From the NCBI GenBank assembly GCA_964634105.1, contig CAZWIU010000009.1, positions 263 to 64,262 on the forward strand: a stretch of 64,000 bases of DNA. The letters are read 5' to 3'. The translations under genes and the position numbers were made by a program. Positions within the stretch are counted from its first letter, which is position 1, and each line of letters starts with the position of its first letter. This document shows positions 37,723 to 47,893 of the stretch, piece by piece. A model generated the notes under the pieces. It saw nothing but the letters and a program-made list of their open reading frames with translations. It was not told where the DNA came from and made no database searches. The DNA is from an uncultured Bacteroidales bacterium (lineage in GTDB: Bacteria; Bacteroidota; Bacteroidia; Bacteroidales; UBA10428).

Positions 37723-39633
37723 ATGAAAAGAATAGCTCTTACTAAATCATGTACGTCTTTATTCCTCGGCGCTTTCGGATGTAAATGGATGAGGATATCC
37801 TACCTGATCTGCACAAGTGTTTTTCTGGCTGTATTTAGTTGCTCGCTTTTTGCACAACCCTCCGGAGGGCCTTATGGTCCTGTGCTGCAACGCTATGATC
37901 TGCCCAAAATTACAGGTACGATCTATTATGTTGCCCCCGACGGGAAAGTTGAGAACAGCGGGGAATCACTTACGAAACCTACTACTATTGAAGCTGCTGT
38001 CGAACGTGTTGCAACTGGCGATGCTATCATCTTACGCGGCGGTATTTATCGCACGGGCGACCTGCAATTGAACCAGGGGATCACTATTCAGGCTTATGCC
38101 GATGAGCAACCCGTATTGAAAGGTACTTTCGAGGCAAAAGGTTGGGAAAAGATAAGCGAAAACCTATGGAAGATATCGTGGGAAAGACTTTTCCCCGGCG
38201 CTCCCGACGATTGGTGGAGCCGCGACAGGTTTGGAAAATATACTCCATTGCATATTTTTAATAATGATATGGTTTTTGTTGATGGTAAATTCCTGAATTC
38301 AGCCGGATGGGAAGGCGAGGTCAACGAGAATTCATTCTATATCGACTACGATAATAAATCGGTTTACATCGGAACCGATCCCGAAAACCATCTTGTAGAA
38401 ATCACAGCCTTTAGCAGGGGATTACACAGAGTAATTACCGGGTGTCATGGAAAAGTGTCTGATAAGAAAGGTTTTATATTGCGTGGAGTAACATTCAGTC
38501 AGTATGCTTATTGCGCTCTCGAGCTCGACGGATACGAACCTCAAGGTCTGGCCGATCCTTCCACTTTTGGTAAAGATATTATCGGGACGGTTATTGAAAA
38601 TTGCAGTATCTCATATTGTGGCCGGGTAGGGGCCTACCTGAGAGGCGACAGAACGATCCTGAGGCACTGTAAGGTTCACGATACCAGCACCGAGGGGATA
38701 TACCTGCTCTCGTCGTCGGATTGTTTGCTGGAGAAAAATGTTTTTATGCGCAATAATATCGAAAACATTACCGGATATTATCCGGCTGCTGTTAAGATCT
38801 TTAATCAGACCTATCGTACCGTATGCAACGATAACCTTGTGATCGACCAACCCCTGTCGAATGGCATCTGGTACGATGTAGGAAATGTCGACGGGGTATT
38901 TATCAATAACTGGATAGAAGGGGTTGGTAACAGCGAGGGTCCATTTTCTGCCGACAGGCCATGGCCAAGCCATAACGGGTTTTTCTTTGAGATTTCAAAG
39001 GGAGCTGTATGCGCAGGGAATGTGTTTGTAAATTGCGATCACGGACTCTGGGTGTTGAACAGCTCGGATGTGAAGATCTATCAGAATACCTTTATTAATA
39101 GTATCGCATGTTTTAGTCGTAACGAGCGAAGCGCTGAAGGTGATCATTTCGGCTGGCATCCCAGTACAGGCCCTGATGTCGATAAACGCTACGGTCATGT
39201 ATTCATCAATAACATTCTTTACGGCGATGAAAACTTCCGTCGTCCGTTGCTGTTTGTCTGGCAGCCTTCCAAAATGTGCACCCAGCTTACTACTCCGCAA
39301 CTGAAGCAACTCGACTACAATGTCTATTCAAGAATTAATACGGTTGATGTAATGCCATTGATCCTGTGGAGTCCCGCTGACAATGAAAAATGTATGGTTG
39401 GTCTCTCATCACCGGTTGACATTCATAAAATGAATCCTGATTACTGTGTTCACAGCAGAATAATTACGAAGGGTGCTGAAAACCTGTTTAAAAATGCTGC
39501 ACTGCGTAATTATGAAATCGTAAATAATCTTTACGGGACGGGTGAGGCTTCAGAATTACCGGCGGAAATCAGTAAACTGCTTGGAAATAAAAAGAGCCCC
39601 AAACCATATTTCGGAGCATACCCGGTGAAATAA
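37723..39633 (+). CDS. Secreted right-handed parallel beta-helix repeat protein (pectate-lyase-fold)
   Basis: 636 aa. The N-terminal module is YYVAPDGKVENSGESLTKPTTIEAAVERVATGDAIILRGGIY. Repeated beta-helix turns follow (NCSISYCG, HCKVHDT, NNWIEG, NVFVNCDHG). The ATG at 37789 is an alternative start. Confidence 0.7.
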   Translation: MKRIALTKSCTSLFLGAFGCKWMRISYLICTSVFLAVFSCSLFAQPSGGPYGPVLQRYDLPKITGTIYYVAPDGKVENSGESLTKPTTIEAAVERVATGDAIILRGGIYRTGDLQLNQGITIQAYADEQPVLKGTFEAKGWEKISENLWKISWERLFPGAPDDWWSRDRFGKYTPLHIFNNDMVFVDGKFLNSAGWEGEVNENSFYIDYDNKSVYIGTDPENHLVEITAFSRGLHRVITGCHGKVSDKKGFILRGVTFSQYAYCALELDGYEPQGLADPSTFGKDIIGTVIENCSISYCGRVGAYLRGDRTILRHCKVHDTSTEGIYLLSSSDCLLEKNVFMRNNIENITGYYPAAVKIFNQTYRTVCNDNLVIDQPLSNGIWYDVGNVDGVFINNWIEGVGNSEGPFSADRPWPSHNGFFFEISKGAVCAGNVFVNCDHGLWVLNSSDVKIYQNTFINSIACFSRNERSAEGDHFGWHPSTGPDVDKRYGHVFINNILYGDENFRRPLLFVWQPSKMCTQLTTPQLKQLDYNVYSRINTVDVMPLILWSPADNEKCMVGLSSPVDIHKMNPDYCVHSRIITKGAENLFKNAALRNYEIVNNLYGTGEASELPAEISKLLGNKKSPKPYFGAYPVK

Positions 39634-39933
39634 TCAACTGGATTTAATAAATGCTCTTGTATTATATACTATTTTGGAACTTGCTTTAAAAATCCTGCAA
39701 ATACAAGCATACTATTCAAACCAGGGGTTGCCGGGCTGAACGCAATAGCTAATTTTTTCAGGTGGGTTTGAATAATAAATTCCAGCTTGAAATTTAAGTT
39801 AATCTGAGCAATTTTGTATACTAATTAATAGGCAGAATTACACAAAACATAAAAAATCATTCGAAAAGGATTTTAGAATTAATTCCTAAGTTGATATCAA
39901 AACTAAGAAGTGTTATAAAATCTGGTAATTTAT

Positions 39934-39982
39934 ACACACCCCTATTGTCCCCCTCTTCAGAGGGGGATTTTAAGGGGTGTGT
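39934..39982. repeat. Nested GC-rich hairpin (REP-like unit)
   Basis: The outer stem pairs ACACACCCCT (39934..39943) with AGGGGTGTGT (39973..39982). The inner stem pairs CCCCCTC (39949..39955) with GAGGGGG (39960..39966) around the loop TTCA. It shares the ACACACCCCT and CCCCCTCTT..AGAGGGGG blocks with 16441..16743. Confidence 0.75.
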
Positions 39983-40076
39983 CATTACATTTAATTATTT
40001 GTACTGACATTTCATTCATATCTTTTAACCAGAAATCTATACTTCCTATTTTTAGAACACAGGCTATTATAATAAT

Positions 40077-40886
40077 TCAGAACCTGGCTATGAAATGGCC
40101 GGGTGTAATACTGTCCCTGAACAGGACGATACCCATATAGAACAGATCGATCGTAACAGGTGCCTTGTTATCGCGGACGATCTCTTTCCAGGCTTTGCGC
40201 ATACCGGCCGACCAGTTAATATCATCAAACACCAGGAATCCTTTTTTCATCCGGCTGCTGAAATAGTTGAAATATTTCATTGTAGCTTCATAACTGTGGT
40301 CGCCGTCGATGAAAACGAGTTCCGGGACAGAATCCTGTTCCAGCTCTTTAAGCCGCTCATCGAACAATCCTTCAAAAACCGTGATATTTTCAACAGTATT
40401 GTTTTTGAATAGTCTGCGTGCAAAATCACATAATGAATACTCTGCGTCAATCGTTATCAGACGCGATGCGGGGGAACCTGTTGCCAGGTAAAGCGTGCTC
40501 ATTCCGATGGAAGTCCCTAATTCCAGTATGACTGAAGGTTTGTAATACCTGGCTATCCTGAATAATAGTTTACCGAATGTTCGATTCACAGAAGATATCT
40601 TCAGCAATTCGGAGACCTTTCTTTCCTGCCTGGAAAATCTTCTTGAGCCGGCGCCGGTATTATGAACTGTAAGTTTCTCATGGGTATGCCGAAGATTATT
40701 CCGGATCAATTCAAGAATTTTGTACTCCGGATAGCTCGTTTTATCGAATAAAACCCTGCTAAAGAACTCAAATAAATACGGCGAATGAATGCCATGCCCA
40801 TTCCTGTGCCTGGCCCTTATCTGGTAGTTGATATAGGAAAAGATCAATCCCTGTTGTTCTTTAATTTTATTAATCTTCATCTTCAT
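40077..40886 (-). CDS. Class I SAM-dependent methyltransferase (O-methyltransferase family 3-like)
   Basis: 269 aa. SAM motif I is ILELGTSIGMSTLYLA, and later motifs are VFIDGDHSYEAT and LVFDDINW. Confidence 0.75.
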   Translation of the reverse strand: MKMKINKIKEQQGLIFSYINYQIRARHRNGHGIHSPYLFEFFSRVLFDKTSYPEYKILELIRNNLRHTHEKLTVHNTGAGSRRFSRQERKVSELLKISSVNRTFGKLLFRIARYYKPSVILELGTSIGMSTLYLATGSPASRLITIDAEYSLCDFARRLFKNNTVENITVFEGLFDERLKELEQDSVPELVFIDGDHSYEATMKYFNYFSSRMKKGFLVFDDINWSAGMRKAWKEIVRDNKAPVTIDLFYMGIVLFRDSITPGHFIARF

Positions 40887-41457
40887 CGTAGCTGAAGGTC
40901 TGATATAAATAAATGATTAATTGCCCGGCTGGCTTGAGTTATCTATCAATATAACTTCAAAGACTGGCATTATTAAACTCAATTAAATCCGACGTTTAAA
41001 GTACACAAATTATACACTTGAATTTTATATATATAATCACTGCTGTTCGATTAGTCTGTTTTAATATTCCAATACCGATGAATTTAAAGAGTATTATGAT
41101 ATATTGCCACCCGCGGGGCTCAAATTTTGTCATGCAACTTTATCTACCATAATTGGTCTCCAGCGAGGCTATAAGAACGTACCGCAGGTACAAAATAAGT
41201 GCAGAAGAACTAATTATAGTTAGCTTGGAAGTGCCGTAAGTACGAGATATAGAAAACAATGAGTATAATCGGACAATAGCTATACATAGTGGATTCCGGT
41301 TTTTACCCCGGCATTTTAAGAACTTAAATAAATGTAATAGAATGAAATCATAAAAAGCCAATCTTCAGATTATAAAAACTGATATTTATACTTTATTTGC
41401 TAGTTGGTTTTTGGAATTTTGGCTTAATTCGTTTTACGATACAATTGTATTGATTAT

Positions 41458-43563
41458 ATGTCTGATTTTCCTTCAACAGAGATAAAATATCTGAAAGGAG
41501 TAGGCCCCAAACGTGCCGAATTATTTGCAAAGGAATTGGGTATCGTCACGGTCAATGATCTTCTCAGAAATTACCCGTTCAGGTATATCGACAGGACAAG
41601 GATTTATTCTATTGCAGAAGTTGACCCGGCGCAGACCCACATACAGCTGAAAGGTCGTATAGTAAATTTCCGGAAAGAAGGCCAGCGATACAGGCAGCGT
41701 CTGATAGCTACTTTTGCCGATGCCACGGGGAGCATTGAACTGGTCTGGTTCCAGGGTGCTAAATGGGTTGAGAAAACATACGAGCCCGGGGTTGAGTATA
41801 TAGTCTTCGGAAAGCCGGTTATCTACGGTCGTAAAATCAATATTGCCCATCCCGAAATTGAACTTGCCGCCACGTTTGAGAATACTGTTGGCGCAGCGCT
41901 TTATCCGCAATATAATCTTACGGAGAAACTTCGTGCGAATTATATCAGCTCAAAAACCTTCCAAAAACTAATAGCTGGTATTTTTCAATCGCCATCCTTT
42001 AAAATGCCTGAGACACTACCCGAATATATGACCAGGAAGTTTAAACTGGTTTCCCTCGATGAGGCGATCAGGAAAATTCATCTTCCATCCAATGCTGAAG
42101 ATATACGCAAAGCACAATACAGGCTTAAATTTGAAGAACTTTTTGCAATTCAGTTAAAAATATTAAGCCAGAAAGTCGGGCGCTCAAAGGTCTTCAAAGG
42201 CTTCGTATTTTCAAAAGTCGGTGATTACTTCAATACTTTTTATAAGGAACATCTTCATTTCGAATTAACCAATGCGCAGAAAAAGGTAATGCGTGAAATA
42301 CGGACCGATCTTGGTTCAGGTAAACAGATGAACAGGTTGCTGCAGGGCGATGTCGGGAGCGGGAAAACCCTGGTAGCATTAATGTCGACCCTGATAGCGC
42401 TGGATAATGGATATCAGTCATGCTTAATGGCTCCGACCGAGATTCTTGCCTTACAACATTATAATACTATCACGAAGTTCCTCGAAGATATGCCGGTAAA
42501 GGTTAAGCTGCTTACGGGGTCGACAAAGAAAAAAGAACGGGAAGTGATTTTTAATGAACTGAACGATGGCTCGCTTCATCTTCTTATCGGAACCCATGCA
42601 TTGCTGGAAGATCCGGTCCAGTTTAAAAATCTGGGACTGGTTGTCATTGATGAACAACATAGGTTTGGCGTTGCGCAGCGGGCGGCCCTGTGGAAAAAGA
42701 GTACACAACAACCGCATGTATTGGTAATGACGGCGACTCCTATTCCCCGCACCCTTGCAATGACAATCTATGGCGATCTTGATGTATCCGTTATCGATGA
42801 AATGCCGCCGGGACGAAAACCAATACAAACCTATCATTATTACGATTCGAAGCGGTTGGTTATGTATGGCTTTTTGCGAAAGCAAATCGATCGCGGACAG
42901 CAGGTATTCATCGTGTATCCTTTAATAGAGGAGTCAGAAAAGCTTGATTATATTGCTCTCGAAGAAGGCTACGCAGGAATAACCGAGTTTTTCAAGCCTC
43001 CTGAATACACAGTAGTTTGCGTGCATGGCCGGATGAAAACTGAGGATAAAGAATATGGAATGCGTTTATTCAAGGAAGGTAAGGCACACATTATGATTGC
43101 AACAACTGTCATTGAGGTAGGGGTTGATATTCCTAATGCCACCGTTATGGTCGTTGAAAGTGCGGAACGCTTTGGCCTTTCACAGCTTCACCAGTTAAGA
43201 GGCAGGGTAGGAAGAGGAGCCGATCAGAGTTATTGCATCCTCATGACAGGATATAAACTATCCAATGAAGCAAAAAAAAGGATAGATACCATGGTTAGCA
43301 CGAACGATGGTTTCGAAATAGCTGAGGTGGATCTTAAATTGCGTGGCCCGGGCGATATTGAAGGCACACAACAGAGCGGTATCCCGTTTGACCTTAAAAT
43401 TGCCAACCTGGCACGCGACGGACAAATGGTACAGTATACCCGTGAAATCGCAGAACAAGTCCTCCGCGATGACCCGGAACTTAAAAATCAGAATAATAAG
43501 TTGCTTGTTGATATGTTAGGTACAATGCGGACAAGCCAGTTCGATTGGAGTTCAATCAGTTAA
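41458..43563 (+). CDS. recG: ATP-dependent DNA helicase RecG
   Basis: 701 aa. Wedge/OB N-terminal region, then GDVGSGKT, VIDEQHRFGV, MTATPIPRT, QLHQLRGRVGRG and the C-terminal RGPGDIEGTQQSG. Confidence 0.95.
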   Translation: MSDFPSTEIKYLKGVGPKRAELFAKELGIVTVNDLLRNYPFRYIDRTRIYSIAEVDPAQTHIQLKGRIVNFRKEGQRYRQRLIATFADATGSIELVWFQGAKWVEKTYEPGVEYIVFGKPVIYGRKINIAHPEIELAATFENTVGAALYPQYNLTEKLRANYISSKTFQKLIAGIFQSPSFKMPETLPEYMTRKFKLVSLDEAIRKIHLPSNAEDIRKAQYRLKFEELFAIQLKILSQKVGRSKVFKGFVFSKVGDYFNTFYKEHLHFELTNAQKKVMREIRTDLGSGKQMNRLLQGDVGSGKTLVALMSTLIALDNGYQSCLMAPTEILALQHYNTITKFLEDMPVKVKLLTGSTKKKEREVIFNELNDGSLHLLIGTHALLEDPVQFKNLGLVVIDEQHRFGVAQRAALWKKSTQQPHVLVMTATPIPRTLAMTIYGDLDVSVIDEMPPGRKPIQTYHYYDSKRLVMYGFLRKQIDRGQQVFIVYPLIEESEKLDYIALEEGYAGITEFFKPPEYTVVCVHGRMKTEDKEYGMRLFKEGKAHIMIATTVIEVGVDIPNATVMVVESAERFGLSQLHQLRGRVGRGADQSYCILMTGYKLSNEAKKRIDTMVSTNDGFEIAEVDLKLRGPGDIEGTQQSGIPFDLKIANLARDGQMVQYTREIAEQVLRDDPELKNQNNKLLVDMLGTMRTSQFDWSSIS

Positions 43564-43702
43564 GAAATTATGCTGTCAGATTCTATATTGTAACAACTTA
43601 GACTACTTTTATTTGCATTGGAATTTATTGTGGAACAATCCGATAAAAGTTTTATATTTACGACCTTTAAAAAAATTGCTAATCGATAAATTTATTATTC
43701 AC

Positions 43703-44674
43703 ATGAATACAGTAATGATGAAGAAAATTACAGGATTTGTTGCAGCACTGGCTTGCATAGTGAGTTTACATGCACAGGTATATAACGATGCTGCGATAGC
43801 TTACAATAAAGGAGTAGCAACTTTTACTACGGATGTCGACAGCGCTATCTTTTATTTCGAAGATTGTCTAAGGATATGCGATGTGCTTGGGGATACTGCC
43901 ATAGGCATAAAAATGCAGGCAAGTCAGGTACTTCCGAATTTATATTTCCAGAAAGCCTATAACCTTCTTACAACCGATAAGAATATTGATGGAGCGCTGA
44001 AGGCTTCGAAAAAAACGATGGAAGTAGCAAAAAAGTATGATGATGCCACTACTATTGATAAAACAGAAAAACTAATGATTCAGGCTTACGCAACAATGGG
44101 TTCGACCTATTTCAGCAATAATGAACCCGAAAAAGCGATATCTGCATTCGACAGCGTCCTGGCCATTAATCCCGATCATCTGACGGCTCTTTATAATAAA
44201 TCGCTTACTTACAAAAAGATGAACAATCCCGATAAGTATGGCGAGGCTATTGATATTTACCTTGAAAAATTAAAGGCTGCAGGGGAAACTGCTAAGGCAG
44301 AACAGGCCAGCCGCTCAGCGCTGGAATATTTCAGGGGGCTTGCATCGAAAGCCAACAGGGATAATAAGTTGACCGAAGCTATTGAATTATTGAACACCGC
44401 CTGCAAGTATAGTGAGGATAAAGATGTTTATTATTACTATGCAGCTGTATATAACAAGCAGAAAAAATATGCCGATGCTGCCATAAATGCTCAGAAAGGA
44501 CTCGATATGGAAACAGGTACACCCGAGGACAAAGCTAAATTCTATTATGAGCTTGGCGTTGCACAAGCAGGAAAAGGAGATACTGCAAATGCATGCAACT
44601 CATTTAAGAACTCGATGTACGGAACCTTCCTCGAAGCTTCAAAAGGACAACGAACGAACCTGAAATGTAATTAG
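43703..44674 (+). CDS. TPR-repeat protein with signal peptide
   Basis: The ATG at 43703 gives MNTVMMKKITGFVAALACIVSLHAQ. Several TPR-like units are visible (AISAFDSVLAINPDHLTALYNKSLTY..., YYYAAVYNKQKKYADA...). Confidence 0.7.
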   Translation: MNTVMMKKITGFVAALACIVSLHAQVYNDAAIAYNKGVATFTTDVDSAIFYFEDCLRICDVLGDTAIGIKMQASQVLPNLYFQKAYNLLTTDKNIDGALKASKKTMEVAKKYDDATTIDKTEKLMIQAYATMGSTYFSNNEPEKAISAFDSVLAINPDHLTALYNKSLTYKKMNNPDKYGEAIDIYLEKLKAAGETAKAEQASRSALEYFRGLASKANRDNKLTEAIELLNTACKYSEDKDVYYYYAAVYNKQKKYADAAINAQKGLDMETGTPEDKAKFYYELGVAQAGKGDTANACNSFKNSMYGTFLEASKGQRTNLKCN

Positions 44675-44700
44675 ACTCTACTCGTTGATAGATTATTAAA

Positions 44701-44725
44701 GCGTGAACTATTTCACGCTTTTTTT
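44701..44725 (+). terminator. Rho-independent terminator
   Basis: GCGTGAA (44701..44707) pairs with TTCACGC (44712..44718) around the loop CTAT, followed by T7 (44719..44725). It lies 27 nt after the TPR gene stop. Confidence 0.7.
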
Positions 44726-44857
44726 ATGCCATTCAGTAAAAAAGAAAACCTGCTTAAACGAATATCAAGCAACAAACCTCATATTCTCATTTTGCCAACA
44801 TTTAAAGTCTCTTCAAACAGGCAGCGAAATGTAAAGATACTTAACAGGTGAGAGGCT

Positions 44858-46168
44858 CTATTTCGACAGTACCTGATCGCATTCTGTTTGTATTGCAGCG
44901 ACTGCTGTCTTTTCTTTATCGTTGAGAATATCGGTAATTATGACTTTATAGAATTCATTTTTCATCAGAGCATTATTTTTAACCAGGATGGGAATATAAT
45001 GTTCGCCATAACCCCGGGCTCCGCCGCGTGAATTAGTTCTTTCAACGAGTAATGTTTGTGTCTTCCCGATAAAACGTTTCCGGTATTCCAGTTTCATTTT
45101 TTCTGACAATTCGCGGATGATGGCGCTACGCTCGTTTTTAATCGTTTCGCTGATCTGATCAGGCATACTATCAGCTTCGGTGCCAGTTCTCCTTGAATAT
45201 TTAAATGTGTGGATATGGCTAAATCCAATGGTTTTAACGACGTTGCATGTTTCGTTAAAATCATCTTCAGATTCTCCCGGAAATCCCACAATGACATCGG
45301 TAGTGAAGTTGAAATTGCTGTATTTCTTCTTTAGTTTAGTGATGATATCAATATATTGTGTCACAGTATAAAAGCGCCGCATTCTTGATAATACCCGGTC
45401 CGATCCGCTCTGAATACAAATATGCAGATGCGGGCAAAGCTTTGGATTTTCAAACAAGTTGATGAACTTATCCGAAATTCCTTCAGGTTCTATCGATGAG
45501 ATTCTTATCCTGAAATCGCCCCGAATTTCAAGTATCTTTTCAATGAGATCGTCAAATCTTACACCCTGATGATTATACCGGCTTATATTTACGCCAGTGA
45601 GGACCAGCTCGCGGTTACCCAGTTCAACGGATATTCTTATATTTTCAAGAATGTCTTTCACAGGGCGGCTTACTGCAGCGCCCCTGACTGATGGTACAAT
45701 GCAATAGGTACAGAAATTATCGCATCCATCCTGTATTTTAATGGCGCTTCGTGTATGAAACCCTCTTTCAACTACGCTGAAATCGAAAAGGTTCCCATGT
45801 AGGCTGTCCATGTCGGGTATTTCTCCCCGATAATGGGCATCTACGATTGATACCAAGGAACTTTTACGGCGATTATCAATTGCATACGTAATGATTTTGT
45901 GATTGTTAAAATATTCTTCCTGGTTTGTTACCATACATCCTGCAGCAATGATCAAAGCGCTCTTATTGTTTTTGGCTGCCTGATTTATGAAGTACTTCGA
46001 CTTACGATCGCTCTGGTTGGTTACTGTGCATGTGTTGATGATATAAATATCCGCTTTCTCAGAGAAGTCAACAATTGCATAACCGGCACGATCAAAACCG
46101 GTAACCAGGGCATCCGTCTCAAACTGATTCAGTCGGCATCCGATCGTTTTAAAGGCTACTTTTTTCAT
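44858..46168 (-). CDS. mtaB: Radical-SAM methylthiotransferase, MtaB-like (ms2t6A37)
   Basis: 436 aa. N-terminal MTTase domain (FKTIGCRLNQFETDA, NTCTVT, GCM), radical-SAM CDNFCTYCIVP, and a C-terminal TRAM-like domain. Confidence 0.85.
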   Translation of the reverse strand: MKKVAFKTIGCRLNQFETDALVTGFDRAGYAIVDFSEKADIYIINTCTVTNQSDRKSKYFINQAAKNNKSALIIAAGCMVTNQEEYFNNHKIITYAIDNRRKSSLVSIVDAHYRGEIPDMDSLHGNLFDFSVVERGFHTRSAIKIQDGCDNFCTYCIVPSVRGAAVSRPVKDILENIRISVELGNRELVLTGVNISRYNHQGVRFDDLIEKILEIRGDFRIRISSIEPEGISDKFINLFENPKLCPHLHICIQSGSDRVLSRMRRFYTVTQYIDIITKLKKKYSNFNFTTDVIVGFPGESEDDFNETCNVVKTIGFSHIHTFKYSRRTGTEADSMPDQISETIKNERSAIIRELSEKMKLEYRKRFIGKTQTLLVERTNSRGGARGYGEHYIPILVKNNALMKNEFYKVIITDILNDKEKTAVAAIQTECDQVLSK

Positions 46169-47625
46169 TATGCGCGGGAAAGTTCTTCGTTGTATATCTT
46201 ACAAAGTTCTCCCTCTGTGGCAAATTCTGCTGCAGATGTGATCCGGATATCTACGAATTTGCCAATGAGAAGGGGATTGTCCGATTCAAATCGGACTATA
46301 ATTTTACCTTCCGTCAGCCCTGATAGATAATGATGTTTTCGGTCGGTCCCGGTTACCAGTACTTTCATCGTCTTTCCAATCATTACCTTGTTGTGCGCGA
46401 GCGAATGTTCCTGTAACAGTTGACTCAACCGGTGAAGCCTGTCTTTTTTTACATCATGCGGTATATCATCATCCCATCTTGCGCTTGCAGCGCCCGGGCG
46501 AGGCGAGTAACGTGCTATATAAGCCATGTTGAAACGGATATCTTCCATGGCCTTATAAGTATTCATGAACTGTTCCTCTGTTTCACCTGTAAAACCGACA
46601 ATGATATCGGTAAAAATGGTTGCCGCAGGTAAGTAATGATGTACCGAACGGATGATCTTCTGGTAATCGCTGTAGGTATGGTTTCGCTTCATATGTTTCA
46701 GCACTACATCGTCGCCCGACTGAAGCGGGAGATGAATCTGTTTTGCCAGGCAGTTATGCTCGCTGATTACACGAAACACATCATCGTTCATGTCGCATGG
46801 ATGTGGCGAGGTAAAATAAACCCAGAAATCCCTCCCCGATGTATCGCCATATTCACCGATGGATTTGAGCAATTCCGGGAAAGACAGTTCTTCACCTTTC
46901 TTATCAAGTCCGTAGGAATTCACATTTTGCCCAAGGAGGGTGATAGATTTATAACCTCTCTCAACAAGATCATGCAATTCATTCATTATTTCATGCGCCG
47001 GCCGCGATATCTCACGCCCGCGTGTATATGGTACAGCACAGAAAGTACAGAATTTATCGCATCCGTTTTGGATGGGGATGAAGGCTTCAAAATCCGATTG
47101 ATAATGGGGGTGAATGTTCCAGAAACCGTTTATCCGGGTTTCAGGTTTTTTCATCATGACCGGCTTTCCGGCAATGGTTTTTTTGTTTCCATCGACGATC
47201 AGCATTTGAAAATCGACCATTTCAGGTAGTTGAACATCCGGAATTTTCGACAGGTTATAATTTACCAGAGAAAGAGGTGTTACTACCCCATATTGCCTGA
47301 TCATTTCAGGGAGCTGAATAAGTTCACTGATCTGGAAGATCATATCGAACAGTTTCAGGAACTTCTCCCGGTCGGCAGGAAGAACACATCCTGTTACAAA
47401 TGTCAGTATGTTCTTCTTATTTTTCCAACGGTTCCATTTACTGATACGGGTATAAACCTTGTCGATAGCTTTTTGCCGTACCGAACAGGCAACAATGCCA
47501 AGCAGGTTTGCTTCTTCTTCAATGTCAGTCCACAGGTATCCCATCTCTTCGATAACTGTTGCCACGCGCTCGCTGTCCGATTTATTCATCTGGCAACCTA
47601 ATGTCACTAAGTGATAATGCATCAT
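46168..47625 (-). CDS. miaB: Radical-SAM methylthiotransferase, MiaB-like (with an extended linker)
   Basis: 485 aa. Motifs VTLGCQMNKSDSE, ACSVR, GCV, radical-SAM CDKFCTFCAVPYTRGREISRP, LLGQNVNSYG, and a C-terminal TRAM. Its TAA stop shares one nucleotide (46168) with the ATG of the mtaB-like gene. Confidence 0.8.
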   Translation of the reverse strand: MMHYHLVTLGCQMNKSDSERVATVIEEMGYLWTDIEEEANLLGIVACSVRQKAIDKVYTRISKWNRWKNKKNILTFVTGCVLPADREKFLKLFDMIFQISELIQLPEMIRQYGVVTPLSLVNYNLSKIPDVQLPEMVDFQMLIVDGNKKTIAGKPVMMKKPETRINGFWNIHPHYQSDFEAFIPIQNGCDKFCTFCAVPYTRGREISRPAHEIMNELHDLVERGYKSITLLGQNVNSYGLDKKGEELSFPELLKSIGEYGDTSGRDFWVYFTSPHPCDMNDDVFRVISEHNCLAKQIHLPLQSGDDVVLKHMKRNHTYSDYQKIIRSVHHYLPAATIFTDIIVGFTGETEEQFMNTYKAMEDIRFNMAYIARYSPRPGAASARWDDDIPHDVKKDRLHRLSQLLQEHSLAHNKVMIGKTMKVLVTGTDRKHHYLSGLTEGKIIVRFESDNPLLIGKFVDIRITSAAEFATEGELCKIYNEELSRA

Positions 47626-47893
47626 TTCAACTCCGGCTGATAAAAATGTTATTTAGTCAACTCTGGTTTTTGGTTTATCCGGGTTCATCCCGGTTAGAAT
47701 GAAGATATCAGTACCTGGTTTATCTTTTATTGATGGCGCAAAGATAAACGAAAGGTTGGATCAATATTATACCATTGGCACGAAAAAACTATACGATTTA
47801 TACGGTGAAAGTGTTTGCCTGCACTATTAAACAATGGGTATAAAATGAAAAATAAAGATTTTTTGTACATTACCCGTTGGAAATCTGCCGGCA

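Noticed and set aside
41100-41330. A tRNA, tmRNA, RNase P or SRP RNA in the long recG-upstream spacer (triggered by CCACCCGCGGGGCTC).
   Set aside because: No T-loop (GGTTCGAATCC-like), no tmRNA tag frame or 3' CCA-adjacent acceptor pairing, and no RNase P (GAAAGTCCGGGC-like) or SRP domain-IV consensus could be found on either strand.
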